A stretch of DNA of 64,000 nucleotides, taken from contig NZ_URFY01000005.1 of the NCBI RefSeq assembly GCF_900547205.1, positions 58,459 to 122,458 on the forward strand, read 5' to 3'. The stretch comes from an uncultured Bacteroides sp. (GTDB taxonomy: Bacteria > Bacteroidota > Bacteroidia > Bacteroidales > Bacteroidaceae). Of this stretch, positions 27,111 to 35,221 are shown in pieces. The first letter of the stretch is position 1. Every line of letters starts with the position of its first letter. The notes beneath the pieces are model-generated. The model did no database searches and was not told where the DNA came from. It was given only the letters and a program-made list of their open reading frames with translations. The position numbers and the translations under genes were made by a program.

Positions 27111-28499
27111 TTATTTCTTGATATTAGCTTCTTCCAAGCCATATCCTTTTTTCTTATTCTCTGCCTTCAACATCAAAGAAACAATCAGTGCCAACACACC
27201 AAAAGCTGCAAAAATAGTCATCGGCAACGTATAATCATACGTCTGCGCACCGTCTACTATCGGACCCTTGCAATAAGAATTAAGCACCCATCCAATCAAC
27301 AATGGCACGCCCATTAATCCCCAGTTTTGCACCCAGAAGATTAACGCATATGCCGTACCCAACTGCTTTTCAGGAATAATCTTCGGAACAGAAGGCCACA
27401 TGGCAGAAGGAACCAGCGAGAAGGCAAATCCCAATATAATCATAATAATAGTAGCGAACCACCATATATTGAGGATAGGAAGAGCAAACATTGTGTGCAC
27501 GAAAATCAGCATCACCGAACCAATCACCATCAATGTGGCTCCCTTACCGATGCGGTCATACAACGAGCCAAACAATGGCGTCAGTATAATTGCACCAATC
27601 GGCAGCAATCCGGGGATGGTTCCCGCCAGCTTCGGATCTACATTGTACTTCTGCACCATCAAATCGGCAGCATACTTGATAAATGGGAATACGGCAGAAT
27701 AGAACAATACACACAACAAAGCAATCAACCAGAATCCCTTGTTCGTAACGATATACATGATATCTTTCATACGGAACGGTTCTTCCGGTTCCAGTCCCTC
27801 TGCATCCAGAGATGCATCGAGTTTCTTATCATAGAATGTATAGATGAAGAAAGCAATCGTACCTACGCACAGCATAATCAGACAGAAAAGAATCGGAGCA
27901 GGAATATTGGTGTGGAATGCACCGGCTTCGTCCGTGTAGCCAAAGTAGTCTGCCAAAGGAACGGTCAGCACCATGGCCAATGTTGTTCCGATACGTGCTG
28001 TAGCCATCTCAAGTCCCATAGCCAAAGCCATTTCCTTGCCTTTAAACCACTTCACGATAATCTTGGAAACGGTGATACCTGCAATCTCGACACCAACACC
28101 GAAGATGGCATATCCCAATGCGGCAAGAGTTACCTGAGTTTTGAAACCGAATAACATAGCACCTTCGGGGAATGTGGTTGAAATGGCATAATACTTCAGT
28201 CCGCAACCTATCACCATCAGAGAACACGCTCCCATTCCGGTGAAACGAACCCCCATCTTATCCAAGATGATACCACCAAAGATAAGCATCAGCAGGAAAA
28301 CATTGAACCATCCGTAAGCACTTGTGAAGAAACCGTAATCTAAACTATCCCAAAGAAGTTCTTTCTCGAGCATTGGTTTCAAAGGAGACATGACGTCTGT
28401 GAGGAAGTAGCCGCATAACATGGTAAAAGCGACCAGTGCCAGAACGCTCCAACGCAATACTGCGGAGTCATTCAGCTTTTGTTTTAATTGTTCTGTCAT
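27111..28499 (-). CDS. MFS transporter (12-14 TM), substrate unknown
   Basis: 462-aa polytopic membrane protein with MFS-like loop motifs (GGIILDKMGVRFTG, LYDRIGKG). Confidence 0.8.
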   Translation of the reverse strand: MTEQLKQKLNDSAVLRWSVLALVAFTMLCGYFLTDVMSPLKPMLEKELLWDSLDYGFFTSAYGWFNVFLLMLIFGGIILDKMGVRFTGMGACSLMVIGCGLKYYAISTTFPEGAMLFGFKTQVTLAALGYAIFGVGVEIAGITVSKIIVKWFKGKEMALAMGLEMATARIGTTLAMVLTVPLADYFGYTDEAGAFHTNIPAPILFCLIMLCVGTIAFFIYTFYDKKLDASLDAEGLEPEEPFRMKDIMYIVTNKGFWLIALLCVLFYSAVFPFIKYAADLMVQKYNVDPKLAGTIPGLLPIGAIILTPLFGSLYDRIGKGATLMVIGSVMLIFVHTMFALPILNIWWFATIIMIILGFAFSLVPSAMWPSVPKIIPEKQLGTAYALIFWVQNWGLMGVPLLIGWVLNSYCKGPIVDGAQTYDYTLPMTIFAAFGVLALIVSLMLKAENKKKGYGLEEANIKK

Positions 28500-28690
28500 T
28501 GTTATATTTTAAGGTAATTAATAATCTCATAACGGGCAACAAAGTTAATTAAATCTCTATTGTTTCCATCAAAACGAAGTGATTTTTTCTTGAAAAAGAG
28601 TGGTAGAGGGAGTTCTGGTTATCAGGGAACGAATAAGTATGGGATAGATGAGCAATGAATGTCATCGTTTTATTATAGTAATCCGTGCCT

Positions 28691-28729
28691 ATAAAAAAGA
28701 CATGAGAGAACAGTGCCTGTCCTCTCATG
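28691..28729 (-). terminator. Rho-independent terminator downstream of secG
   Basis: On the minus strand there is an 8-bp stem catgagag/ctctcatg with a 13-nt loop, followed by a TCTTTTTTAT run. Confidence 0.5.
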
Positions 28730-28771
28730 AGTGGTTTTACCCAAATATCTATCTCTGTAGCCCGAAGTGAA

Positions 28772-29170
28772 TTACTCTGCTGTGGGAGCAGGAGTTTCAG
28801 CTGGTGCCGGAGTTTCCGTAGCAGGTGCAGATTCTGCAGGAGCAGTAGCGTCTGTTTGAGGCGCAGCCGTACCGGCAGGCATATTGTACGGGTTAGTTTG
28901 TTGTTCTTTCTGTGCTTGTTCCAGCACTGCATCTTTCACTGCAGAAGACTGAGGAACAACATAAGCAGTAGCAATACTCATCAAAACCATGAAGATAGCT
29001 AATCCCCAAGTTGCTTTTTCCAGAAAGTCTGTAGTTTTGCGCACGCCCATGATAGCGTTGGATGAAGAAAAACCGGAAGCAAGTCCGCCTCCTTTTGAGT
29101 TTTGTATCAGCACGATGAAGCACATCAACAGGGCTGCAATAACCATTAAGATAACGAATAATAAGTACAT
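28772..29170 (-). CDS. secG: Preprotein translocase subunit SecG
   Basis: Two TM helices flanking the conserved LLQNSKGGGLASGF motif. Ala/Pro/Thr-rich C-terminal tail. Confidence 0.85.
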   Translation of the reverse strand: MYLLFVILMVIAALLMCFIVLIQNSKGGGLASGFSSSNAIMGVRKTTDFLEKATWGLAIFMVLMSIATAYVVPQSSAVKDAVLEQAQKEQQTNPYNMPAGTAAPQTDATAPAESAPATETPAPAETPAPTAE

Positions 29171-29176
29171 TTTAAG

Positions 29177-29968
29177 TTATTTTGAATTAGCGTTAATAAT
29201 CAATTTCTCCAAAAATCTGATTTGGTCTGCAAAGTAAGCATTTTTTTTTGGATATTTCAAGCTTAATTTTTTAATTATTTCAAGTGCTTTCGAATATCGG
29301 TGCTGTTTAACATAGATTTTAGCTAAAGTTTCGGTAAAACAGCTATCATCTTCCTCTTCCTCCGAGCGCACTTCGTCTTCTGTACGTGCTTTGTCTGAAC
29401 GGGCTTCGTCTGTTGAAGCAACGTGCGTCTCCCCTTCTTCCTTCAAAGGTTTCAGATATAAAGGTGAGTCGCTTTCGCTCTTTTCAAGAAAGTCGTCGAT
29501 TAGTTCATGACCTTTCAACTTGGGTGTTGCATCCACTGTTTCATTGGTAACAACATCTTCTTCCAAGAGATAAGAAGTATAATCCACCGAATAATCTAAG
29601 TCAATCTGGGCGGTCACCTCTTCGGGCATCGTAGACAGGAAAGCATCAATCAATGCCAATGTGCGGTCTACCGAAGGCTCATCTTTCAGCACTTCCGTCA
29701 GTGCGATTCCTTTCTTTCGGGACTGTAGGGCAAAGCGGTCGCCTTCTATCAAGTCAAACAGCTTCCGTCGGTCGGCAATGTAGAGAACCGCTTTACGCAG
29801 TTCCGCACCAAAGTTTATATCGTGAAGAATATACAGGTTTTTAAGATACAGCAGACGAATCGACTGAAAATACGGATACCTTGCAAGCGTATTGCGCAGT
29901 TCGTACAGAGTATCCCTATTCAGCGTCTCAGGATGCTGAATCCATTGTTGAAAGTTAACAGAAGTCAT
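29177..29968 (-). CDS. Conserved hypothetical protein (acidic C-terminal half)
   Basis: 263-aa ORF immediately upstream of secG. No recognisable catalytic motif. Confidence 0.55.
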   Translation of the reverse strand: MTSVNFQQWIQHPETLNRDTLYELRNTLARYPYFQSIRLLYLKNLYILHDINFGAELRKAVLYIADRRKLFDLIEGDRFALQSRKKGIALTEVLKDEPSVDRTLALIDAFLSTMPEEVTAQIDLDYSVDYTSYLLEEDVVTNETVDATPKLKGHELIDDFLEKSESDSPLYLKPLKEEGETHVASTDEARSDKARTEDEVRSEEEEDDSCFTETLAKIYVKQHRYSKALEIIKKLSLKYPKKNAYFADQIRFLEKLIINANSK

Positions 29969-29973
29969 TTAAG

Positions 29974-30504
29974 TTACCAGTTTGCTACAGTTGCATTGAA
30001 TATTTGGTCGGTTATCTCTTTTGTCATTTCGGCAATTAATCCGTCCTGTACGGCTGTCAGCAACTGACTGGAGTCGTAGGTACGGAAAGCTGAAAATTGC
30101 TGCTCGAAGTCCTCGGCATGGTTTGTGTTGTTTACAAAGCGTACGTTCACGGTGATGGTCAGCTTCGTCTCCGAAGAATAACCGTCGGCAGATACTGCCT
30201 GGTTATACTGATTGTATCCTGTGATTTCTCCCTCAATCTGCAAGTCTGCATTCTGATTCGGTTTCAGCAGTTGCAGACGCGTCTGACGGATAAATATATC
30301 TTTCAGTTCTTCATTAAACGTAGTTCCCAGCGGAGCATACACATATTCCGACTTAATCGGGAAGTCGGCAATCGAAATCGTTTTCACCTTATCATAATTG
30401 ATAGATGAACCGTTAAACTTATAGGAAACAGTGCACGCAATGACCACTACGGGTAGAGTCAGCAGTAGTAGAATGCGCGGCGTTATCTTTTTAATCCAAT
30501 TCAT
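29974..30504 (-). CDS. LptE-family lipoprotein (LPS assembly), tentative
   Basis: 176 aa. Lipoprotein signal LLLLTLPVVVIAC. Its position after a sigma-54 activator and before secG matches the conserved Bacteroides gene order as recalled. Confidence 0.55.
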   Translation of the reverse strand: MNWIKKITPRILLLLTLPVVVIACTVSYKFNGSSINYDKVKTISIADFPIKSEYVYAPLGTTFNEELKDIFIRQTRLQLLKPNQNADLQIEGEITGYNQYNQAVSADGYSSETKLTITVNVRFVNNTNHAEDFEQQFSAFRTYDSSQLLTAVQDGLIAEMTKEITDQIFNATVANW

Positions 30505-31723
30505 ATTCTTTTATTTTTCTGTAAAGCGTACGCTCTGAAATCTTCAAATCTTTGGCCGCTCCTTTACGTTTTCCATTATGCCTTTCGAGTGCTTTACGTA
30601 TCAAGTCTTTTTCCACTTCATCCAGCGACAGGGATTCTTCCACATATTCCTCCGTATCCTGAATGTCGTCTTCTTCTTCCTTGGGGCATACGGCGGGCGT
30701 AGTTTGCATCGTGTGGATAATAGCCGGAACGCTGGGCTGATAGGCAGTAACCACAGGAGTGGCAACCACTGTCCCCACTTGTCCGGCACGTTCGGCCATC
30801 AGGTTGTGTACCATCTTCTTTAGTTCCGCCACTTCTTGCCGCATATCGAACAATACTGAATAAAGTATTTCCCGCTCGCTCTCAAATCCCTTGCTTTCGC
30901 GTGTCCCCATCAGTGCAGGAAGTCGTTGCATATTCTGTGCAGGAAGATAGTTTTGCAGAATAGCTGCCGTAATCTCCCTGTTTGTTTCGATGATAGAAAT
31001 CTGCTCGGTGATGTTCTTCAACTGGCGCACATTGCCAGGCCACGAATAAGCAACCAGTTCTTTCTTTGCATCTTCGGTCAGTTGAATGGCCGGCATCCGG
31101 TATTTTTCTGCGAAGTCGGCAGCAAATTTACGAAACAGTAGCAATACATCATCCCCCCGCTCACGCAAAGGCGGTATCTGAATGGGCACGGTATTCAATC
31201 GATAATATAAATCCTCACGGAAACGTCCTTCTGCAATGGCTTGCGTAAGATTGACATTTGTTGCTGCAACAATACGTACATCGGTCTTTTGCACCTTTGA
31301 CGAACCTACTTTGATAAACTCTCCACTTTCGAGCACACGCAGCAGACGTGCCTGTGTAGGCATCGGCAACTCCCCTACTTCATCGAGGAATATCGTACCG
31401 CCGTCCGCCTCACCGAAATACCCTTTTCGTTCGCCAATCGCACCGGTAAAGGCTCCCTTCTCGTGTCCGAAGAGTTCTGAGTCGATGGTTCCTTCGGGAA
31501 TTGCACCACAGTTGACAGCAATATACTGTCCGTGCTTCCTCCTGCTATATTGATGGATAATCTGCGGAAAGCTTTCTTTTCCGACACCGCTTTCTCCGGT
31601 AATCAGCACAGACAAATCGGTAGGAGCTACCTGAATAGCAATATCTATGGCGCGCGACAATGCTTCGGTATTACCAATAATACCGAAGCGTTGTTTCACT
31701 TGTTGTATCTCCGCTTTTGTCAC
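30491..31723 (-). CDS. Sigma-54-dependent Fis-family transcriptional activator (AAA+ sigma-54 interaction domain, no receiver domain)
   Basis: Walker A GESGVGKE, GAFTGA sigma-54 contact motif, arginine finger region, and a C-terminal Fis-type HTH (GKRKGAAKDLKISERTLYRKIKEY). Confidence 0.9.
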   Translation of the reverse strand: MTKAEIQQVKQRFGIIGNTEALSRAIDIAIQVAPTDLSVLITGESGVGKESFPQIIHQYSRRKHGQYIAVNCGAIPEGTIDSELFGHEKGAFTGAIGERKGYFGEADGGTIFLDEVGELPMPTQARLLRVLESGEFIKVGSSKVQKTDVRIVAATNVNLTQAIAEGRFREDLYYRLNTVPIQIPPLRERGDDVLLLFRKFAADFAEKYRMPAIQLTEDAKKELVAYSWPGNVRQLKNITEQISIIETNREITAAILQNYLPAQNMQRLPALMGTRESKGFESEREILYSVLFDMRQEVAELKKMVHNLMAERAGQVGTVVATPVVTAYQPSVPAIIHTMQTTPAVCPKEEEDDIQDTEEYVEESLSLDEVEKDLIRKALERHNGKRKGAAKDLKISERTLYRKIKEYELD

Positions 31724-31792
31724 TTCATTAGTTATTTAGTGATTAGCGATTAGTGATTAGCCATTAATCACTAATCACTATTCCGTTAATCG

Positions 31793-32887
31793 TTAATCTT
31801 CGTCTACTGTGTCCAGTTTTAGTTTATCACTATCATCCCTTCGCTCGTAATACTGTTTGCGCAACGGGTTGGCATGGGCTTCTTTTTCACGCAGACGATT
31901 GCGGAACACATCGATGGCAACATAAATAGCCTGGCGGAAAGAGTCTTCGCTTGCCAGTCCCTTGCCTGCAATGTCATAAGCTGTTCCATGTGCCGGAGAA
32001 GTACGTACCACCGGAAGCCCGGCTGTATAGTTCACTCCATCGTCCATTGCCAACGCTTTGAACGGAGCTAGTCCTTGGTCGTGATACATCGCCAATATTC
32101 CGTCGAAATGAGTATAATTGCCCGAACCCATAAAGCCATCGGCTGCATAAGGTCCATAGCAAAGTATCCCCTGTTCTTCCATTTCCTTCATGGCGGGGAT
32201 TATCACTTCCTGTTCTTCCATCCCCAGCAAACCGTCGTCTCCGGCATGAGGATTGAGAGACAGCACTGCGATGCGTGGAGCACCGATGCCGAAGTCTTGC
32301 TTCAGGCAACGATGAAATATCATCAATTTCTCCTGAATCAGTTCTTTCGTAATTGTTGTTGCAATCTCCCTGACGGGGATATGTGTTGTCACCAATGCTA
32401 CCCGGAAATCATCTTTCATTAAGACCATCAATGACTTGTCGCCGTTGCCCAGACGTTCTTCGATATACTCCGTATGCCCGGGAAAAGAAAACTCTTCCGA
32501 CTGAATGGTATGTTTATTGATTGGGGCTGTCACGATAACGTCAATCATCCCTTCACGATATTCTTCAATGGCACGTTCCAAAGCTCCCAATGCCGCCTTT
32601 CCTGCTTCGGGGTCGGGTTTAGAGAACTCCACTTTCACTTCGTCGTCGGTGCAGTTCACCACGCTCAACCTGTTGTATGCTGCTTCGGCAGCAGAATTGA
32701 CAATGCTGAAATTGGTCTGCAAATCCAATGACTTGCGGTGGTATGCAGCCACTTTCGGCGAGCCGTAGATAATCGGAGTGCATAGTTCGAGCATGGTAGG
32801 GTCCGAAAATGTCTTTAATATCACTTCATAGCCTACCCCGTTAATGTCTCCTTGGGTGATGCCGATTCTTATTTTGCTATCTTCCAT
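31793..32887 (-). CDS. pdxA: 4-hydroxythreonine-4-phosphate dehydrogenase
   Basis: PdxA motifs (AITQGDINGVGYEV-like N-terminus, SLNPHAGDDGLLG, HFDGILAMYHDQGL). Confidence 0.9.
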   Translation of the reverse strand: MEDSKIRIGITQGDINGVGYEVILKTFSDPTMLELCTPIIYGSPKVAAYHRKSLDLQTNFSIVNSAAEAAYNRLSVVNCTDDEVKVEFSKPDPEAGKAALGALERAIEEYREGMIDVIVTAPINKHTIQSEEFSFPGHTEYIEERLGNGDKSLMVLMKDDFRVALVTTHIPVREIATTITKELIQEKLMIFHRCLKQDFGIGAPRIAVLSLNPHAGDDGLLGMEEQEVIIPAMKEMEEQGILCYGPYAADGFMGSGNYTHFDGILAMYHDQGLAPFKALAMDDGVNYTAGLPVVRTSPAHGTAYDIAGKGLASEDSFRQAIYVAIDVFRNRLREKEAHANPLRKQYYERRDDSDKLKLDTVDED

Positions 32888-32891
32888 TTTT

Positions 32892-33932
32892 TTATTTTTT
32901 AGCTGGTTCCGCTTCCTTGGCTACACCTCCTAGTGGAATCTGATTCTGCTGAACTTCATTCGGAAGTTTCAGTGTGTAGAGAGAGGCTTCCATTTGTCTA
33001 ACCAAGTTGCGTTTCATTTTATCGGGTGAATAAACAAATATTTCTGCTGTAATAATTCGTTGGTTCTTTTCGTCCAGACGGGTGTGAGATACATACGGGC
33101 CGCCCATGAAATCGCCTTTCATACGCCACAGTCCGCGAGCTTCCATCGTATAGCTATTCTGCACATTGATGGGACGGACATCTGTCAGCAATGAATCTGT
33201 TGACATGAACACGCCTTCTTTGAATCCCGGAATATTGGCCTGCATCACAGAGTCGCGTTTGTGAACAAAATATTCTTTCGTAAACGTATCTTTGTCGGTA
33301 TACGGATAAGAGTACATCACAAAGTTACGATCGGCAGTACCCGTATTGGTAGAAGCCCAGAAGAAGTCCTCACCGGTCTTTGTATTGGTCAGCTCGGCTG
33401 GCAGCCAGATGTTGCAACCGAACAAGCTATCCACCTTCTGCGAAATAAAGTTGCTATGCTTTTCTTCCAGCAAAGTAATCTGACGGTTCATCTCTGCACG
33501 GGTGAAGAAGTCGACTATCGTCTGCTTGTTCTCTTTCACAAACTCTTCAAACTCCTTCTCATTGGGTGCCTGAATCGTCAATATCATCTGCGGATTGGCA
33601 TATACATCCCTTGCAAATTTGAAAGAAGGCTTTGTATAAATATCCTTTATATCTACTATAATAATGTTACGGATTAGTTTCAACGTAGAGTCATAATCTC
33701 TCGGTGAGGTATACATAATCCGGAAAGACGGTTCCGACTGCGGTAAGCCCGGTACGTCAGAATCCAATACATCGTGCAAGGCTCTTCCCGCCTCGCGATC
33801 CCAAACGCCATGATCCACTACTACCAAAAGCTCGAAGGCACGTCCACTAGAGGTGTGATTACCTTTCAGACCACAAGAAGCAAACAAAAAGGCTACTAAA
33901 GCCATGCTTAAATAAGATAAGTACTTTTTCAT
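32892..33932 (-). CDS. DUF4837-like lipoprotein (conserved hypothetical)
   Basis: Lipobox AFLFASC. 346 aa. Family label is from memory. Confidence 0.6.
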   Translation of the reverse strand: MKKYLSYLSMALVAFLFASCGLKGNHTSSGRAFELLVVVDHGVWDREAGRALHDVLDSDVPGLPQSEPSFRIMYTSPRDYDSTLKLIRNIIIVDIKDIYTKPSFKFARDVYANPQMILTIQAPNEKEFEEFVKENKQTIVDFFTRAEMNRQITLLEEKHSNFISQKVDSLFGCNIWLPAELTNTKTGEDFFWASTNTGTADRNFVMYSYPYTDKDTFTKEYFVHKRDSVMQANIPGFKEGVFMSTDSLLTDVRPINVQNSYTMEARGLWRMKGDFMGGPYVSHTRLDEKNQRIITAEIFVYSPDKMKRNLVRQMEASLYTLKLPNEVQQNQIPLGGVAKEAEPAKK

Positions 33933-33943
33933 GATGTTCGAAT

Positions 33944-34984
33944 TTAAATATTAACTTTTACTTTTTCTTCTTGTTTAGCAGTCGACAGCATGCCGCAGGC
34001 TGCAAAAATATCTTCTCCCCGCGAAGAACGGATGGTGGTGAACAGTCCGTGAGTGGTAAGATAATCACGGAAACGGGTCATCGTATCCATATCGGCTCCT
34101 TCAAGGTCTACTCCCGGAATAGCGTGGAAACGAATCAGGTTTATCCTGCAATCGAGTCCGCGAAGAAGCTTCAACAATTCCTTGGCGTAAACTTGCGAGT
34201 CATTAAGTCCCTTAAAAACAATATATTCAAATGAAAGTCTACGCTGTTTACTAAAATCATAGTTTTTTAACAGTTCCACCATTTCGGTGATGGAATATCC
34301 TCTTTCAGCAGGCATTAGTTCGGCACGCTGGGCGGTGACCGGAGAATGCAGGCTGATAGCCAGGTGGCAATCGCTTTCTTCGATAAAACGCTGCAATCCT
34401 TTTCGTAAGCCTACACTGGAGAGGGTGATACGCTTCGGGCTCCATCCGTAGCCATAGGAAGCAGTCAGTATATCCAGTGCTTTTAGTACCTCGTCCAGAT
34501 TGTCGAGGGGTTCGCCCATTCCCATCATCACGATATTCGTGAGTTTATCCCGTTCGGGCAACGAATGAATCTGGTTGACAATCTGATGTGCGGTCAGATT
34601 GGCCGTAAATCCTTGTTTTCCGGTCATGCAGAATTTGCAATTCATCTTGCAGCCTACTTGTGAAGAGACACATAGGGTTGCCCGGTCGTCGTCAGGGATA
34701 TAAACCGATTCCACGAAATGATTCTCGCCCACCTGATATAAGTACTTCACGGTGCCGTCTACCGAACGCATTTCGTCCATTGGGGCTACTGCCCCCACCT
34801 CATAGTTCTGCTTGAGCAACTCCCGATGTTTCAATGACAGATTGGTCATTTCATCAATCGATGCCGCCTTCTTGTCGTAAAGCCAAGATGTAATCTGTTT
34901 GGCGGTAAATCCGGGCATACCCAGACGTTTCGTCAACGATTGCAGCTCTACGAGAGTCATTCCTAAAAGAGGATATTTAGACAT
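33944..34984 (-). CDS. rlmN: 23S rRNA (adenine2503-C2)-methyltransferase / tRNA m2A37 methyltransferase, radical SAM
   Basis: Radical-SAM CxxxCxxC (SSQVGCKMNCKFCMTGKQG) and the conserved downstream GMGEPLDN motif. Confidence 0.95.
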   Translation of the reverse strand: MSKYPLLGMTLVELQSLTKRLGMPGFTAKQITSWLYDKKAASIDEMTNLSLKHRELLKQNYEVGAVAPMDEMRSVDGTVKYLYQVGENHFVESVYIPDDDRATLCVSSQVGCKMNCKFCMTGKQGFTANLTAHQIVNQIHSLPERDKLTNIVMMGMGEPLDNLDEVLKALDILTASYGYGWSPKRITLSSVGLRKGLQRFIEESDCHLAISLHSPVTAQRAELMPAERGYSITEMVELLKNYDFSKQRRLSFEYIVFKGLNDSQVYAKELLKLLRGLDCRINLIRFHAIPGVDLEGADMDTMTRFRDYLTTHGLFTTIRSSRGEDIFAACGMLSTAKQEEKVKVNI

Positions 34985-35012
34985 TATTCTTTCTGTTCAT
35001 GGTTTATATTTG

Positions 35013-35020
35013 CAAATGTA
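35013..35020 (-). promoter_or_regulatory. Candidate -7 box (TACATTTG on minus strand) for rlmN
   Basis: The reverse complement of caaatgta is tacatttg, matching TAnnTTTG. It lies about 25 bp upstream of the rlmN ATG. Confidence 0.35.
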
Positions 35021-35038
35021 AGGAAATTAAGTCGGTTT

Positions 35039-35213
35039 CACCACAGATTAACACAGATTTTCACAGATTAAGAAGATTAAGAGGAAAGATTTGAGGCAAA
35101 GAAGACGCGGATAACAGGGATTTTAATGAATAAATCCGAGTTATCCGCGTCAGCAGAGTTTATTCCACTTAGAATACTTTATATTCTGTGGAAATCTGTG
35201 TTAATCTGTGGTG
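35039..35213. repeat. Nested inverted-repeat element: outer 29-bp arms (CACCACAGATTAACACAGATTTTCACAGAT ... ATCTGTGGAAATCTGTGTTAATCTGTGGTG) enclosing inner perfect 12-bp IR GACGCGGATAAC(N24)GTTATCCGCGTC
   Basis: Read directly. The inner arms are at about 35104-35115 and 35140-35151. It shares the GACGCGGATAAC core with the element at 12457-12579. It lies between ppiD (3' end) and rlmN (5' end). Confidence 0.8.
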
Positions 35214-35221
35214 AAACTTGT

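Noticed and set aside
35039-35213. Invertible promoter (phase-variable switch)
   Set aside because: The inverted repeats are the right size class, but I found no TAnnTTTG -7 box inside the element on either strand. No site-specific recombinase gene is nearby. Reported only as a nested hairpin element.
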